Shown here in pieces: positions 1 through 15,843 of a stretch of 64,000 bases of DNA. Both the position numbers and the translations under genes were made by a program. Below the pieces are notes generated by a model, which saw nothing but the letters and a program-made list of their open reading frames with translations, did not search any database and was not told where the DNA came from. Position 1 is the stretch's first letter; each line of letters opens with the position of its first letter. Origin of the DNA: Chrysomallon squamiferum (taxonomy: Eukaryota > Animalia > Mollusca); the NCBI GenBank assembly GCA_012295275.1, contig CM022672.1, forward strand, positions 35,588,001 to 35,652,000. The letters run 5' to 3'.

Positions 1-29
1 AAGGAAAATAATTCAGTTTATTCTTTAAG

Positions 30-143
30 TGTGGTTGTTCTGTACTAGTCTGTTTGTTGTTGTTTTCTATTAGTCTGTTTGTTGTTGTTTTGTACTAGTC
101 TGTTTGTTGTTGTTTTCTACTAGTCTGTTTGTTGTTATTTTAG
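30..143 (+). repeat. 25-bp tandem repeat (x4-5) ending at a ZGPAT acceptor
   Basis: tagtctgtttgttgttgttttctac units start at 46, 71, 96 and 121. Confidence 0.85.
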
Positions 144-1392
144 AATCTGCAGACTCCTCTCAAAGTTCAGACTCGTCTGACTCAGACAGTGAGTGTGATG
201 ACACAGTGAATTACATACTACAGCCTCCTAGCACAACACAGGAGCTGTTTGCAGATTGGGAAAAACACACCACGGTACATTACACATTCTGTAATTTGTA
301 AATAATTCTAATTTCACAACCTTTAGAAATAAATTGTTTCTTCATTGTGTGTGTTATTTGACTTAACAGTATAAAAAATATATATATAAATAAAAGTAAA
401 TATTCAGTGGCAAACCTAGTGTTGACTAAAGACAGATGTTTTGGTCACATTTAAAGATTTTTTTCTAGTTCATTAAGTTTATTATTTGCAGGGAATAGGT
501 TCAAAACTGATGATAAAAATGGGTTATGTTATGGGTCAAGGACTTGGGACCAAAGGTGAAGGTCGAGCAGAACCTGTGCCAATGTTAGTCTTGCCTCCAG
601 GTAAACTACTTTGTTGTTTTGTATTTTCAAATTTATTTGGTTATTATTATTATTTAAATAACCTTTTTCTTCTGATCTGTTATAGATCCACATATAGTTT
701 TATTATATATTATTGTATAGTATTTGCTAACTATGGGAAGGTTCTTGCAAAAGACTGCTTGTTGCTGATCAAAAGTAAATAAGCAACAGATGACTTGAAT
801 ATCTGTAAATGCAATAACTAAAATATGTTTTTATTTTAAATATTTCATTTTGTGTTTCTTAAAAATTTCTTTATTTAAACTTTTCTCTCCCAGTCTCTGA
901 GTGCTAAAACACGATACATTCTTGACTGTACTTGCTGTGTAATGAATTAGATTGTTAAATACGATACATTCTTGACTGTACTTGCTGTGTAATGAATTAG
1001 CTAAAACACGATACATTCTTGACTGTACTTGCTGTGTAATGAATTAGATTGTTAAATACGATACATTCTTGACTGTACTTGCTGTGTAATGAATTAGCTA
1101 AAACACGATACATTCTTGACTGTACTTGCTGTGTAATGAATTAGATTGTTACTGATACCTCAAATACTATTACTACAGGTAAATCATTAGACAAAATCAT
1201 GGAAATAAAGGCGAGGGCTGGCAACAAGGACATGTTTGATGTGATGAAGAAGATGGAGAAGAAGAAGAAAGTGGAAGAGAAGAAACAAGCAGAAACAAAA
1301 CGAACAACACAAAACATTTTTGACTTCATTAACAGCAAGCTGCACGGCAAGAAAGGTAATAATTTTATTTTATTTTAATATGTCAAAATTAT

Positions 1393-1463
<71 letters not shown>

Positions 1464-3650
1464 CTCTCCTGTATGAAAGTTATCAATCTTTTAGTTTCCT
1501 TTTTTTGATGATCGTTGAATTGAAAGCTGTAAAATCAAGTTTTGTTATGAATTTATGTAACTGTATAAGATGAATGCGACCTAAATTTTTTTTTTTTTTA
1601 TCTAACTTTGAAGATCACCAATTTTGTTGATATGTAAAGGAGTGTACAACACTTGTTTATTGTATTGTTTGTCACTGAAGTTAATAAAGTTAGATTTTTC
1701 TTTCCTTCATTTAAACTGACATTTGACTACTTGTGGAATGGTTTTAGACATTCAGAATCAAGGTTGACAGCTGTGTTTTGTTCACATGGTTACTGTCTCC
1801 TCTGAGAATCATCTAACAGTAATACACTAGAAATAGTCAGAATGGGTGGAAAAGAGCTAAAAGTTAATAATAGTTTTTTTAAATCTGAATGGCCGATGTA
1901 GGTAATAAACATGAATGTACTGTAAACAGATAACTGTCAAATGTACTGTCACTTTTTCTCTGTCACTTGAGTTGTCTCCCTTACTAGAAACATTATTTTT
2001 TAAAATTATTCCTGTATTGCAGCAAATTAGTTTCTTAATTAAAATAATTTAATGACTTTTTTTATTGAAACTTATAAAATAATAAATTGAAAACTAATTA
2101 ATAAGTTATTTATTTTGCCTTGCAAATGTCACAGTCTTTATTATTTATTTATTTATTTATTTTTACTGGAGATTATTCTATTTTTCTTCTTTAAATGATG
2201 ATTTTATTTTTCAGATTATAACTAAAATGAAATGATTATTTACATAATGTCATTTCTTTTTATATAAATATATAAATTAGCTCTCTGGTTTTTAGTCATA
2301 AGATTTTATTGAACAGGGATATCTTTCTTTTGTTTTTAATAATAATAAAAAAACAAAAAACAAAAAAAAGACAAAAAACTGTAGTCACTTTTTGTTAGTC
2401 TATTATATCAGTGTTTTAAAGCCCTGACATATTGGTTAATTAAAAGTTGATCATAAAGGTTTATCTACTGCTAGAAATGTATTGGTGTTGTCACATAACA
2501 TACCTGTCTTCATTTTGCATTGTAATTATGTGGTTAGTAGATGCCACAAAACCTTCATCATGAATTGTTTTGGACTGAAAATTGGCTAACTGATAAAATG
2601 ACCTTGTTAGAATTTAATTAGTGTTTATCTGTCTGCAAGATGGTTTTTAAATACTATTTGAACTTCTCTGAATCTTTGAGTTTAGTCAGTAATAACATAC
2701 GTAGTGTTCTGACAAAAGAGATGAATAATATGCTGTTGTCTTTATATGAAAAACCACAGATACCGAAAAATATTTTTATTACATACAGGAGTGGTAAAAT
2801 ATATTTTATCGATAACTAGCTAAAGCACCGTATGTTCTACTGCTTGGTGTTAGTTTTCTTTTAATAACAGCACTGTGTACACACTGAATTTCTTTGTCAT
2901 TTATATTTTAAATTATCAGTAATTGTCCATAACTTTCCATTTCTTACCTTGGTAGTGTGTGTATGATTATAATACAAATACATCTGACATTATAACTTCA
3001 TAAAATTACTCAAATAATAATTGCATGCTTCTGTGAACCATTTTTGTTACAATATTTATTTTTTATATTACTCTGTAAATATTTACTTTAACAGTCTGTT
3101 TTGATTAATTATTTTAATTATTTTAATTTAAAAAATGCCATGTTTGAAAACAATAATTGAATGAAAACTAGTGTGTTTAAATAAGATAAATAATGGATGA
3201 ATTGATGAAAATAAAGTTAGAGAGTAATCATGGTATAGTAATTAAAATAAAAAGAGGAATAAAATTAGATAAATTTTAAAATTTTGATCTACAATGGACT
3301 AACATTCAAAAATAAACTGGGATTTGTTATAAAAAGACACATGTAAGTAGTAAAGCAAATATCTGATTATTTTTGTACATAATTTTTGATAAATGAAAAG
3401 CAGTTTAAATATCTTGTAATCACAGCAGTTTTTTAAATAGGCATGTAAATCAGTTTTATCTCTGAATTCTCACACACACCCACACATACATATGTAAACA
3501 TTCACTCAAATACACAGACACAGACGTAAACATTCACTCAAATACACACAGACATAAACATTCACTCAAATACACACAGACGTAAACATTTACTCAAATA
3601 CACACACACACACACACACATACACACCTAGACATTTACTCAAACACACA

Positions 3651-3687
<37 letters not shown>

Positions 3688-6600
3688 ACACAGGTACATA
3701 CATAAAATTATATGCCATTAGTTTGAGATTAAGTATCAGCACAACAAATCTAAAGCAGTCTAGACTTAAAGTTATTGCATAAATGTAAATTTTCATAACC
3801 AGCAGGTACAATAATAATTATGTTCATGTAGATACATCATGGAATATAATCTGACATATTGTAGTGGGTTCAAATAAACTGTTATAGGCAGGAGTAAAAG
3901 GAAATTGCTACTTCGCCTGGAGGTTACTCGAAATATTTTCTATATTTTATCAAAAAACACAGAATTTCCTTATTACATAAATTAAAATTATCTGATTTCA
4001 CAGAGACTGCAGGCTTATTTTAATAATGTGGCCTGTAATAATTGTTGTTTGTTATCTTATCATTTTGACATAAACATTTTGTTTTATTATTATTTGTAGA
4101 CTAATTCACTTTGATTGTTATGCCAGAATGGTATATGTAATGTTATTAAATTTATAAATAGTCCTTTTTTTTTTTTCAGCTTACTTACTTGTAACCCATA
4201 AGCAAAATAGACTTTCTTAAAATGATTTTTTGGTAACTATGTTGGCCCTTGTTATTAAATATATTCTTACTAGATATGATTACAGTTATATAAATGCATA
4301 TTCAAATATTATAATATATAATGCTAATATAAAATAAAGTGATAATGGTAGCAGTACAGGGAAAGCAGTAGATATAAAAAGATAATTATGTGGAGCTGAT
4401 TCTCCAGCGCTGTGCTTTCTCTCTCATGTTTTTCCTGTACTCATTCAGCCTGTCTTTTGTCAGTGACGAGCTGTGTTTGTCTCCCAGCTGTGAGTCTCCG
4501 TGTGTTTCCTCCTCTGTGTCTTGTGCTGCAGACCTGTTCTTTTCTTCCTCTAGCAGAGTTCGAATGTTCACACTCAGATTGTTTGTTGAGTCTTTGTGTT
4601 CTTCAGCAGACAGGCTGTTTGAAGGTTTCCGCTCTGCTGTGGTGGGTGCGACAAAGCCCTCGGTTTGTTTTAACACGTCTTTCCGCTTCTTCCAGTTGTT
4701 CATCAGAAACTTGAGTCGAGTCTCGCGGTCCTCGTGTGCCACACTTGATCTGATAAACGAGTCGGTGGGAACACAGACTTCCTCCGTCGTCACTGTCCAT
4801 TCACCCAGCGAGCAGCTGTCAGCTGATTTGTCTCCTCGGTTTACTCTGTGTAATTCACAGTTTGAACTTTCACTTTTGAAATTGCTTTTATCTGGGTCAG
4901 TTCTGCTTGATGATCTGATATCAGTTTGTTGTTGTTGTTCAACTGAGACCTCCTCCACTGTTACCACCCATTCACAATCAGATGTGTTGTCTTCTTCTGT
5001 TCTAACTGGATCAGTTGAAGGCCTCCAAGTCTGTTCAGTAAATGATACTGCGTCGTGGGCTGTGTGATGTGGTGACGGCTGTTGTACAACTACCTCTTCT
5101 GTTACAACAGTCCATTCCTCTTCTGTGTTTTTGTCGTCTGCCTCACTTTCTTTATTAGTCTGGTTCAAAGTGTCACATGTGTGACTGTGATTTCTGTCGT
5201 CTGTGTGTAATTTATATTCTTTTTCCTCTGTGTTTGTTACATCTATCTCTGCCAGTGCTGTTTCTTCGCTAGGTAGATCGTGTGGTGTTATCTGCATGTA
5301 GTCACTCACTTCTTTCAAAGTGGCAGCATCAGGGGGCGCCACTGACATGGCAGATCGCCCACCAAACGAATGATATTTCCTTTTCTTTTTCTTCTCCTGA
5401 ATCTCCCTTTGATGCATGTAAACCTTTCCAGAATCAAAACTGTTGTACTCCTGTAGCAAGTGGCGACGTCTCTGTACGAGATTCTCTCTCAGATAGCTCA
5501 GTGACTTCGTCTGCTTTGACTCGTCTGCCCTCCAGTTCTTATCTACCACGGAGGTCAGACGCCTTTCTTTGTTCTTCTTTCTCCTGAACTGAAGCCATTT
5601 TGGCACGCTTGTTTCATCACTTTTTTGCTGGTGGTCCTGTGCTTCGGTTGCTTCACCAGATTGTTTCGGTTCAAAAACTACATCCTGAATGTGCAGTGAA
5701 GACAGATGTCCAAAGTGCTCTCCTAGCACATCAGTTACATCTTCAAAATCAGCAGAGTACTTTTTGTAGTTTATCGAGACTTTGTTGAGAGTTGCAAGGT
5801 CTTTAAGCAAGAACTCCTGCATGTTCAGAATGTCTTCTTCTGTAGCAAACTCCTGCACCTGTTTGATGAACTCGATCGCCTGGATTGTGTTTTTCAGGTT
5901 CTGTTTCAGACCACACTTGGCACTTTCAATGTCCTCTTCAAACTGGTCAGTGTACTCCTGGTTGGTCAGCTGACTTATCAGCTGTTTCTCGTGACGCTGT
6001 ATGATATGTTGTAGCAGTGCAGAGCGCTGTTGTATCTGATTCTTCAACTCCACGGTGTGTGTTTTCCAGTTAGTGACGATGTCAGTGACCATCTCCAGAG
6101 AGTAAGTCATCCTCAGAGCCTCTCCCTGCAGGTGCTGCAGTTCTGACCTCAGCTTTTCAGACACTTTACACGTTTCTAGTTTAGCATCGTCAGCACTGTC
6201 CACCTCACTAGATCTGTCCACTGAATTACTTTGAGTCACTCTGTTAGCATGAACATCATGTTGAAAACTGTCTGTAGATTTCTTCCTGATGCTACTTTTG
6301 ATGGTTTCGATGTAATCTTTACTGATTCTGTTCAGGAATGAGTTCGTGGTTAGGTTGATGATGCCACCTGGGGGGAGGGACGTCTCGACGTTGCACACTG
6401 GACACATGACGTAGTTGTTGTCTGTGCGGTGTAGTTGTTGAAGACACATGCAGCAGTAGCTGTGAAGGCAGGACAGAATTTTTGGATTCTGATAAACTTT
6501 TTGACAGAGTCGACAAATTGGTGAATTCACCAGCAAAACTGACTGGTTGTCTGTCATCCTGAAAAAACAGAAATATAACAAAATACTTTAAATAAAAAAC

Positions 6601-7465
6601 AGAAATATATTTATAACAAAATACTTTAAATAAAAAACAGTAATATATTTATAACAAAATACTTTAAATAAAAAACAAATATATTTATAACAAAATACTT
6701 TAAATAAAAAACAGTAATATCAATACATTTACTAGAGAATATTTTCATTAAAAATAATAACATTATCATAATTTACAAAAGAACATTTTCAAGAAGAAAA
6801 ACAAGAAATATCCATAAATTTACAACAGAACATTCATTTTTACGAAAATATTAATGTTATACATTTCAAGGTTGTCAATACCTAATAATTTTTACATTTG
6901 CTTTTTATCTGTAAAAAACATTTTGTTATGAGGTTTTTTTGTAATAATAATATGAAGAGATGTAACTTGTTAACTATACAACACAGAGGCTTATTCCAAT
7001 CAGTTATTAGTAACAGATTTATTTTCTCGTGCATAATGTATGTAGCCAGCCTTACAGCAGTATGTTATGCATACTGATTGGACTGGGACATATATAAACC
7101 AGTGTAGCCATTGAAGTGTACATCCTTCCTAACTTGTGTGTAAGAATACAAAGTCAGGCTGGATCCTGTGAATACCCAGATGCTTCAACACTGATTTTAC
7201 TGCATCTTACAATTATAAAAAAAACACTTGGGCTCTATTCAGCTCAGTAATTTAATGTTGCCCATAACCTCTTAAAGTCAGACATATTTCTATTCAGGCT
7301 GTTTTTGTATAATGTGTAGGGAATGATGCTCTGTTATGCACCATTTAAACCTCAGCAAACAGAAAATAAAAAATAAAAGTTTTGACATAATTGGAATTCT
7401 AAATTCAGATGTGGAGATGTTTTTTTTTTATCTGGGTTATTTGTTCTTGATCGTTTAAAATGCTC

Positions 7466-7502
<37 letters not shown>

Positions 7503-10500
7503 CATGTAGATCTTTTCTTACTTTAAATAAGACTTACCTTAATAGCTCTATGTCTTACCTATGAACTTATTCTATTAATTTATATGATTTTACTACGTGA
7601 TCCTTTTACAAATAATCCAATTACAGTGGAGAAATCTGGTGTATGATATGTCTCAGGCTATATAACTCCTAGATCCCTGATTATACTTGTAGATCAGTGG
7701 TAAAACTCATAGATCACTGGTTGTACTCAGATCACTTGTTATGCTCATAGATCACTTGTTATGCTCATAGATCACTTGTTGTGCTCATAGATCACTTGTT
7801 ATACTCATAGATCATTGTTGTACTCATAGATCACTTGTTATACTCATAGATCATTGTTATACTCATAGATTACTTGTTGTACTCATACATCACTTGTTAT
7901 ACTCATAGATCACTGGTTGTACTTATAGATCACTTGTACTCATACATCACTTTTTGTACTCATAGATCACTTGTTGTACTCATAGATCACTGGTTGTACT
8001 CATAGATCACTTGTTGTACTCATAGATCACTGGTTGTACTCATAGATCACTTGTTATACTCATAGATTACTTGTTATGCTCATACATCACTTGTTATACT
8101 CATAGATCACTTGTTGTACTCATACATCACTTGTTATACTCATAGATTACTTGTTATACTCATAGATTACTTGTTATACTCATAGATCACTGGTTGTACT
8201 CATAGATCACTTGTTATACTCATAGATCACTTGTTGTACTCATAGGTCACTTGTTATACTCATAGATCACTTGTTATACTCATAGATTACTTGTTGTACT
8301 CATAGATTACTTGTACTCATAGATCACTTGTTATACTCATAGATTACTTGTTATACTCATACATCACTTGTACTCATAGATCACTGGTTGTACTCGTAGA
8401 TCATTGGTTGTACTCACATATCACTATTATACTCACAAATCACTGGTTGTACTTAAAAATCACTAGTTATACTCACAGATCACTGGTTGTACTCACAAAT
8501 CACTAGTTATACTCACAGATCACTGGTTGTACTCACAAATCACTAGTTATACTCACAGATCACTGGTTGACTCACAAATCACTATACTCACAGATCACTG
8601 GTTGTACTCACAAATCACTAGTTATACTCACAGATCACTGGTTGTACTCACAAATCACTGGTTGTACTCACAGATCACTGGTTATACTCACAGATCACTG
8701 GTTGACATCCCTGTTCCATCTCACTGACATTTAATTACCAGTATCTAATTCACTGTATTTAATAATGTAATTACTGTACACAGTATTAACAAGTAGCTAG
8801 GTGTTTAATAATGTAATTACTCTACACAGTATTAACAAGTAGCTAGGTGTTTAATAATGTAATTACTCTACACAGTACTAACAAGTAGCTGGGTGTTTAA
8901 TAATGTAATTACTCTACACAGTATTAACAAGTAGCTAGGTGTTTAATAATGTAATTACTGTACACAGTATTAACAAGTAGCTAGGTGTTGTAATTACTGT
9001 ACACAGTATTAACAAGTAGCTAGGTGTTGTAATTACTGTACACAGTACTAACAAGTAGCTAGGTGTTTAATAATGTAATTACTCTACACAGTATTAACAA
9101 GTAGCTAGGTGTTTAATAATGTAATTACTCTACACAGTACTAACAAGTAGCTAGGTGTTTAATAATGTAATTACTCTACACAGTATTAACAAGTAGCTAG
9201 GTGTTTAATAATGTAATTACTGTACACAGTATTAACAAGTAGCTAGGTGTTTAATAATGTAATTACTCTACACAGTATTAACAAGTAGCTAGGTGTTTAA
9301 TAATGTAATTACTGTACACAGTATTAACAAGTAGCTAGGTGTTTAATAATGTAATTACTCTACACAGTATTAACAAGTAGCTAGGTGTTTAATAATGTAA
9401 TTACTGTACACAGTATTAACAAGTAGCTAGGTGTTTAATAATGTAATTACTCTACACAGTACTAACAAGTAGCTAGGTGTTTAATAATGTAATTACTGTA
9501 CACAGTATTAACAAGTAGCTAGGTGTTTAATAATGTAATTACTGTACACAGTATTAACAAGTAGCTAGGTGTTTAATAATGTAATTACTCTACACAGTAT
9601 TAACAAGTAGCTAGGTGTTTAATAATGTAATTACTGTACACAGTATTAACAAGTAGCTAGGTGTTTAATAATGTAATTACTCTACACAGTATTAACAAGT
9701 AGCTAGGTGTTTAATAATGTAATTACTCTACACAGTATTAACAAGTAGCTAGGTGTTTAATAATGTAATTACTCTACACAGTATTAACAAGTAGCTAATA
9801 ATGTAATTACTCTACACAGTATTAACAAGTAGCTGGGTGTTTAATAATGTAATTACTGTACACAGTATTAACAAGTAGCTAGGTGTTTAATAATGTAATT
9901 ACTGTACACAGTATTAACAAGTAGCTAGGTGTTTAATAATGTAATTACTGTACACAGTATTAACAAGTAGCTAGGTGTTGTAATTACTGTACACAGTATT
10001 AACAAGTAGCTAGGTGTTTAATAATGTAATTACTCTACACAGTATTAACAAGTAGCTAGGTGTTTAATAATGTAATTACTCTACACAGTATTAACAAGTA
10101 GCTAGGTGTTTAATAATGTAATTACTCTACACAGTACTAACAAGTAGCTAGGTGTTGTAATTACTCTACACAGTACTAACAAGTAGCTAGGTGTTTAATA
10201 ATGTAATTACTCTACACAGTATTAACAAGTTGCTAGGTGTTTAATAATGTAATTACTCTACACAGTACTAACAAGTAGCTAGGTGTTTAATAATGTAATT
10301 ACTCTACACAGTACTAACAAGTAGCTAGGTGTTGTAATTACTCTACACAGTATTAACAAGTAGCTGGGTGTTTAATAATGTAATTACTCTACACAGTATT
10401 AACAAGCAGCTAGGTGTTTAATAATGTAATTACTCTACACAGTATTAACAAGTAGCTAGGTGTTTAATAATGTAATTACTGTACACAGTATTAACAAGTA

Positions 10501-12419
10501 GCTGGGTGTTTAATAATGTAATTACTCTACACAGTATTAACAAGTAGCTAGGTGTTTAATAATGTAATTACTGTACACAGTATTAACAAGTAGCTAGGTG
10601 TTTAATAATGTAATTACTGTACACAGTGTTAACAAGTAGCTAGGTGTTGTAATTACTCTACACAGTACTAACAAGTAGCTAGGTGTTTAATAATGTAATT
10701 ACTCTACACAGTATTAACAAGTAGCTATGTGTTTAATAATGTAATTACTCTACACAGTACTAACAAGTAGCTAGGTGTTTAATAATGTAATTACTCTACA
10801 CAGTATTAACAAGTAGCTAGGTGTTTAATAATGTAATTACTCTACACAGTACTAACAAGTAGCTAGGTGTTGTAATTACTCTACACAGTACTAACAAGTA
10901 GCTAGGTGTTTAATAATGTAATTACTCTACACAGTATTAACAAGTAGCTAGGTGTTGTAATTACTCTACACAGTATTAACAAGTAGCTAGGTGTTGTAAT
11001 TACTCTACACAGTATTAACAAGCAGCTAGGTGTTTAATAATGTAATTACTCTACACAGTATTAACAAGTAGCTAGGTGTTGTAATTACTGTACACAGTAT
11101 TAACAAGTAGCTAGGTGTTTAATAATGTAATTACTGTACACAGTATTAACAAGTAGCTGGGTGTTTAATAATGTAATTACTGTACACAGTATTAACAAGT
11201 AGCTGGGTGTTTAATAATGTAATTACTCTACACAGTATTAACAAGTAGCTAGGTGTTTAATAATGTAATTACTGTACACAGTATTAACAAGTAGCTAGGT
11301 GTTTAATAATGTAATTACTGTACACAGTATTAACAAGTAGCTAGGTGTTTAATAATGTAATTACTCTACACAGTATTAACAAGTAGCTAGGTGTTTAATA
11401 ATGTAATTACTGTACACAGTATTAACAAGTAGCTAGGTGTTTAATAATGTAATTACTGTACACAGTATTAACAAGTAGCTAGGTGTTTAATAATGTAATT
11501 ACTCTACACAGTATTAACAAGTAGCTAGGTGTTTAATAATGTAATTACTCTACACAGTATTAACAAGTAGCTAATAATGTAATTACTCTACACAGTATTA
11601 ACAAGTAGCTGGGTGTTTAATAATGTAATTACTGTACACAGTATTAACAAGTAGCTAGGTGTTTAATAATGTAATTACTGTACACAGTATTAACAAGTAG
11701 CTAGGTGTTTAATAATGTAATTACTGTACACAGTATTAACAAGTAGCTAGGTGTTTAATAATGTAATTACTCTACACAGTATTAACAAGTAGCTAGGTGT
11801 TTAATAATGTAATTACTCTACACAGTATTAACAAGTAGCTAGGTGTTTAATAATGTAATTACACAGTACTAACAAGTAGCTAGGTGTTTAATAATGTAAT
11901 TACTCTACACAGTATTAACAAGTAGCTAGGTGTTTAATAATGTAATTACTGTACACAGTATTAACAAGTAGCTAGGTGTTTAATAATGTAATTACTGTAC
12001 ACAGTATTAACAAGTAGCTAGGTGTTTAATAATGTAATTACTGTACACAGTATTAACAAGTAGCTAGGTGTTTAATAATGTAATTACTCTACACAGTATT
12101 AACAAGTAGCTAGGTGTTTAATAATGTAATTACTCTACACAGTACTAACAAGTAGCTAGGTGTTGTAATTACTGTACACAGTATTAACAAGTAGCTAGGT
12201 GTTTGTGAGTAGGTGTTGTTTTCTAACAGTTTGAATTATTCATGTCACTCTTTGTCTGCAGGACGCTTTGACATTAATGTATTACTGCTAATCTAGGTCA
12301 GCTTGCTTTTCACCCACAATTTTATTGCAATGATTTATTAAAATATAATCAGTGACGCTACAGTATGTAGACTGGCAAGTGCTTTTTAGAAAGTGAAAAA
12401 ATCTATATGGGTATACAAC

Positions 12420-12457
<38 letters not shown>

Positions 12458-12789
12458 TCTGTGTGTCTGTGTGTTTTTCTTTTTCTGAATGGATCACACT
12501 TGGAATATTTATTTATGTAATTGATTTAGTTTAGTTTATTTTAGTTTATTTCATTATTTCATTTTTTATTTATATATTTGTTTATTTATTTATTTATAAT
12601 TATATTTTTAGAGTTTTATTTTTACTGTGTTTTTTATTAATATTACCAGTCTGTTTGTACGTATATTTATTATTATTTTATTTTTCATTTTATGTACTTA
12701 TTTAAAATAATATTAAAATAGGACTTGTATGGTGTTTATTACTTATGGTTAATTTCTGTTTACTGTAATTAAACTTTAAATACATGTAT

Positions 12790-12838
<49 letters not shown>

Positions 12839-15066
12839 ACATTAATGATATAGAAAAATATTCTACAAAAAAAAAATAATACAAAATAATAATAACTGTA
12901 TCCTAATGGAACAAACTTGTTTAATTTACAGGTTTGAAAATAAAAATAGAGCTTGCTTTTGCAATATCACATATATATATTTTGTTTTTAAAAATCACTT
13001 AGGCATGAAATGTCAGAATTTCTCATTAAATGCTAGTGAAAATAGTTTGCATTCTTAATTGCCTCTTTAAGTCTATCTGCACTTTTATTTAAATTTATCT
13101 ATCAGAACACTGTGACTATTAAATAACAGTTGTAATCACATTAGCATAAATACATTGACACATGAACAAACACATACTCACACTCACGTAAAGCCATCAG
13201 AAATTACATATATATTTATTCAGATTTATTTGTTTGTTTCTTTATGTGTTATAATATCATATTTAATATTATTAATTTTTATATATATATATATATGTTA
13301 ATATATATATAAAATAAATGTTATCATTACTTTTTAATCCTATAAAGAAAAAAAAAAATTCAAATGATCAAATGAAACATTTAGATTTACCAGTTTGAAA
13401 ACCATGTTTTCTATTTATTAATTTACTGAAGTTTTTTAATATTGCAATGAAAAATTATGCATTTATGATTAATTACAGTTATTAAGCAGATATTATTACT
13501 ACATTGCAGTACATTTAGCTATTTATTTATTTAAATAAACATGTTTCAAATTTTAATATTTTTACAGCAGAAGAGTTGCTTGGGAACTGAGAGTACTTCA
13601 TTTTAATAAAATATTCACATAGTGACAGGGTACTTTATTTCAAGTAGCCATTTTGGTTAATCCCTACATTTTTAACAAAGAGCAAAAGTACATTTACGTG
13701 TAAAAGCTCTGTGATAAGTAAAAGTAAACATTCCATTCACACGCCTTTATTTGGTTTTCTTACTTTAAAATAGTATTAATAATAAACATGTTTTAAATAA
13801 TAGTTTAATAACTGTACTTACAATAGATTATACTGAAATACATGTTACACACACACACACACAAAAAAACTTGTATACACACAGATACATATGCAAACAC
13901 ACACATATACATACAGACACATCTAAATAAACACACACACTCGTACACCCACTTACACACATATACATAGATACACACACACAAACACACACATAAACGC
14001 ACTTATATACATAGATACACACACACACACAAACACACACATAAAGACAACTATATACATAGATACACACACACACACAAACACACACATAAACACACTT
14101 ATATACATAGATACACACACACAAACACACTTATATACATAGATACACACACACAAACACACATATGCATAGATACACACACACAAACACACACACAAAC
14201 ACACTTATATACATAGATACACACACACAAACACACACATAAAGACACTTATATCCAAAACCAAAACCCGCAAAACACCTGACAAATAAGCTGATATGTT
14301 ACATAGTTTTGGGAGAGAGATATAATTTCACGTTTTTACCTTTATTATTGCAACAGGTGTCAGAATGTTAAAACATTTACTCATCAAAAAAATCCACACA
14401 GAAACAAAAACAAAACAGACATTTACAATTAACACCACAATCTTAAAAATACTTAACTAAACTTACCTTAGTGAGAAATAAATCCTAAACAACCAAGTGA
14501 GTTTTCTAGTGATGATATTTTTTAAAATACTTAAACTAAAACTTACCTCAGTGAGAAATAAATCCTAAAATAGGAAAATGGATTTCACTGTGAAGATATT
14601 TGAGGTGTTGGCTCACAGGATGTTACTGAGCAGGCTGTGTTTAACAGAGTCCTTGTTAGCTGTGTTTAAACAGAGTCCTTGTTAGCTGTTGTGTATAGCA
14701 GGTCAGTGTGCATTCGGGTGAAACATGGCCTCTTCTGGTTTAAAAACCCATCTTCAACCTGTGTCTGTGTTGTTATTTATTTATTTCTGTGTGAGACTGC
14801 AAGCAGACTTTCTTGTCATGTTTTCAGTTAGCTTTGGGTTTTAAAAAAGTATCGTGTTTTGTTTGATCTGGTAATCTGACTCCATGGTTAGAGAGTCTCT
14901 GGTGTATCTGTAATGATTTACTGTGAATTTATCAATGAGAGAACAATGTGGCATGTTTCTGTTGTGTGTTGTGAGTCGTTTGTTTTTCTCTCTGTGTGTG
15001 TGTGAATGCAGGTATGCTTATTGGTGAATGCATGAGTGTGTGATTTTGTGAATGGTGAATGAATGA

Positions 15067-15112
<46 letters not shown>

Positions 15113-15807
15113 TCATGTTTATGAAGTGACATTTAAAACTGTTACATATAATGAATTTCTGTATAAGTAATGTATATTTATCTTTACTTGGTGGACTAAA
15201 TAAACAACCAGTAGCAATTGTTTTCTGGTGATTTCAGAACACTTGATGTTTCAAATAAATCTGATTTCAAGAAAACATGAACCATTCAAATAAAGAAAAA
15301 TGTTGAGATTATGAATTTGGTTAATTAAAATATTTCTTCTACAAAGAGTTACATTTTTAAACCGAAATGGTATGAACTACCCAGGTTCCAGTACACACAA
15401 ATGTTGTATTGTACTGGACAGATTTAAGACAGTGTTCACACTGTGTTTGGAATGTGTGCTATGCAGGTAACCTACCACAGCAGTGTCAAGAGAGGTTAAA
15501 CAAATGAACCTTTTTTTTGTTATCAGATCCTAGTTTGTGAGTGTCTGTGTGTGTGTAAAATATTAAATATTATAATCACTCTGTTGTTTGTTCTGAAATT
15601 ACAGCAAGTCATATTAATCAGTTGAAGTTAAATATTTTTTTAACTAGATTTGATAAATTACAACAATAATTATATAATATTTTTTTTTTTTTTTTTATTT
15701 CCCGTACTATTAAAATGTTATACTTCCAGGAAGTTTAATTAGCCAGTTTTAAATTGACATGAAATGTTTAGTTACTTTTGATTATATTTTTATTGTTTTA
15801 GTTCTAC

Positions 15808-15843
<36 letters not shown>

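Noticed and set aside
4390-5973. Plus-strand ORFs overlapping the RING gene
   Set aside because: Antisense shadows of a real CDS with no recognisable motifs.
8758-12205. Regular arrays (also 53037-56775) as CRISPR
   Set aside because: Units are head-to-tail with no unique spacers, there are no cas genes, and the context is eukaryotic introns.
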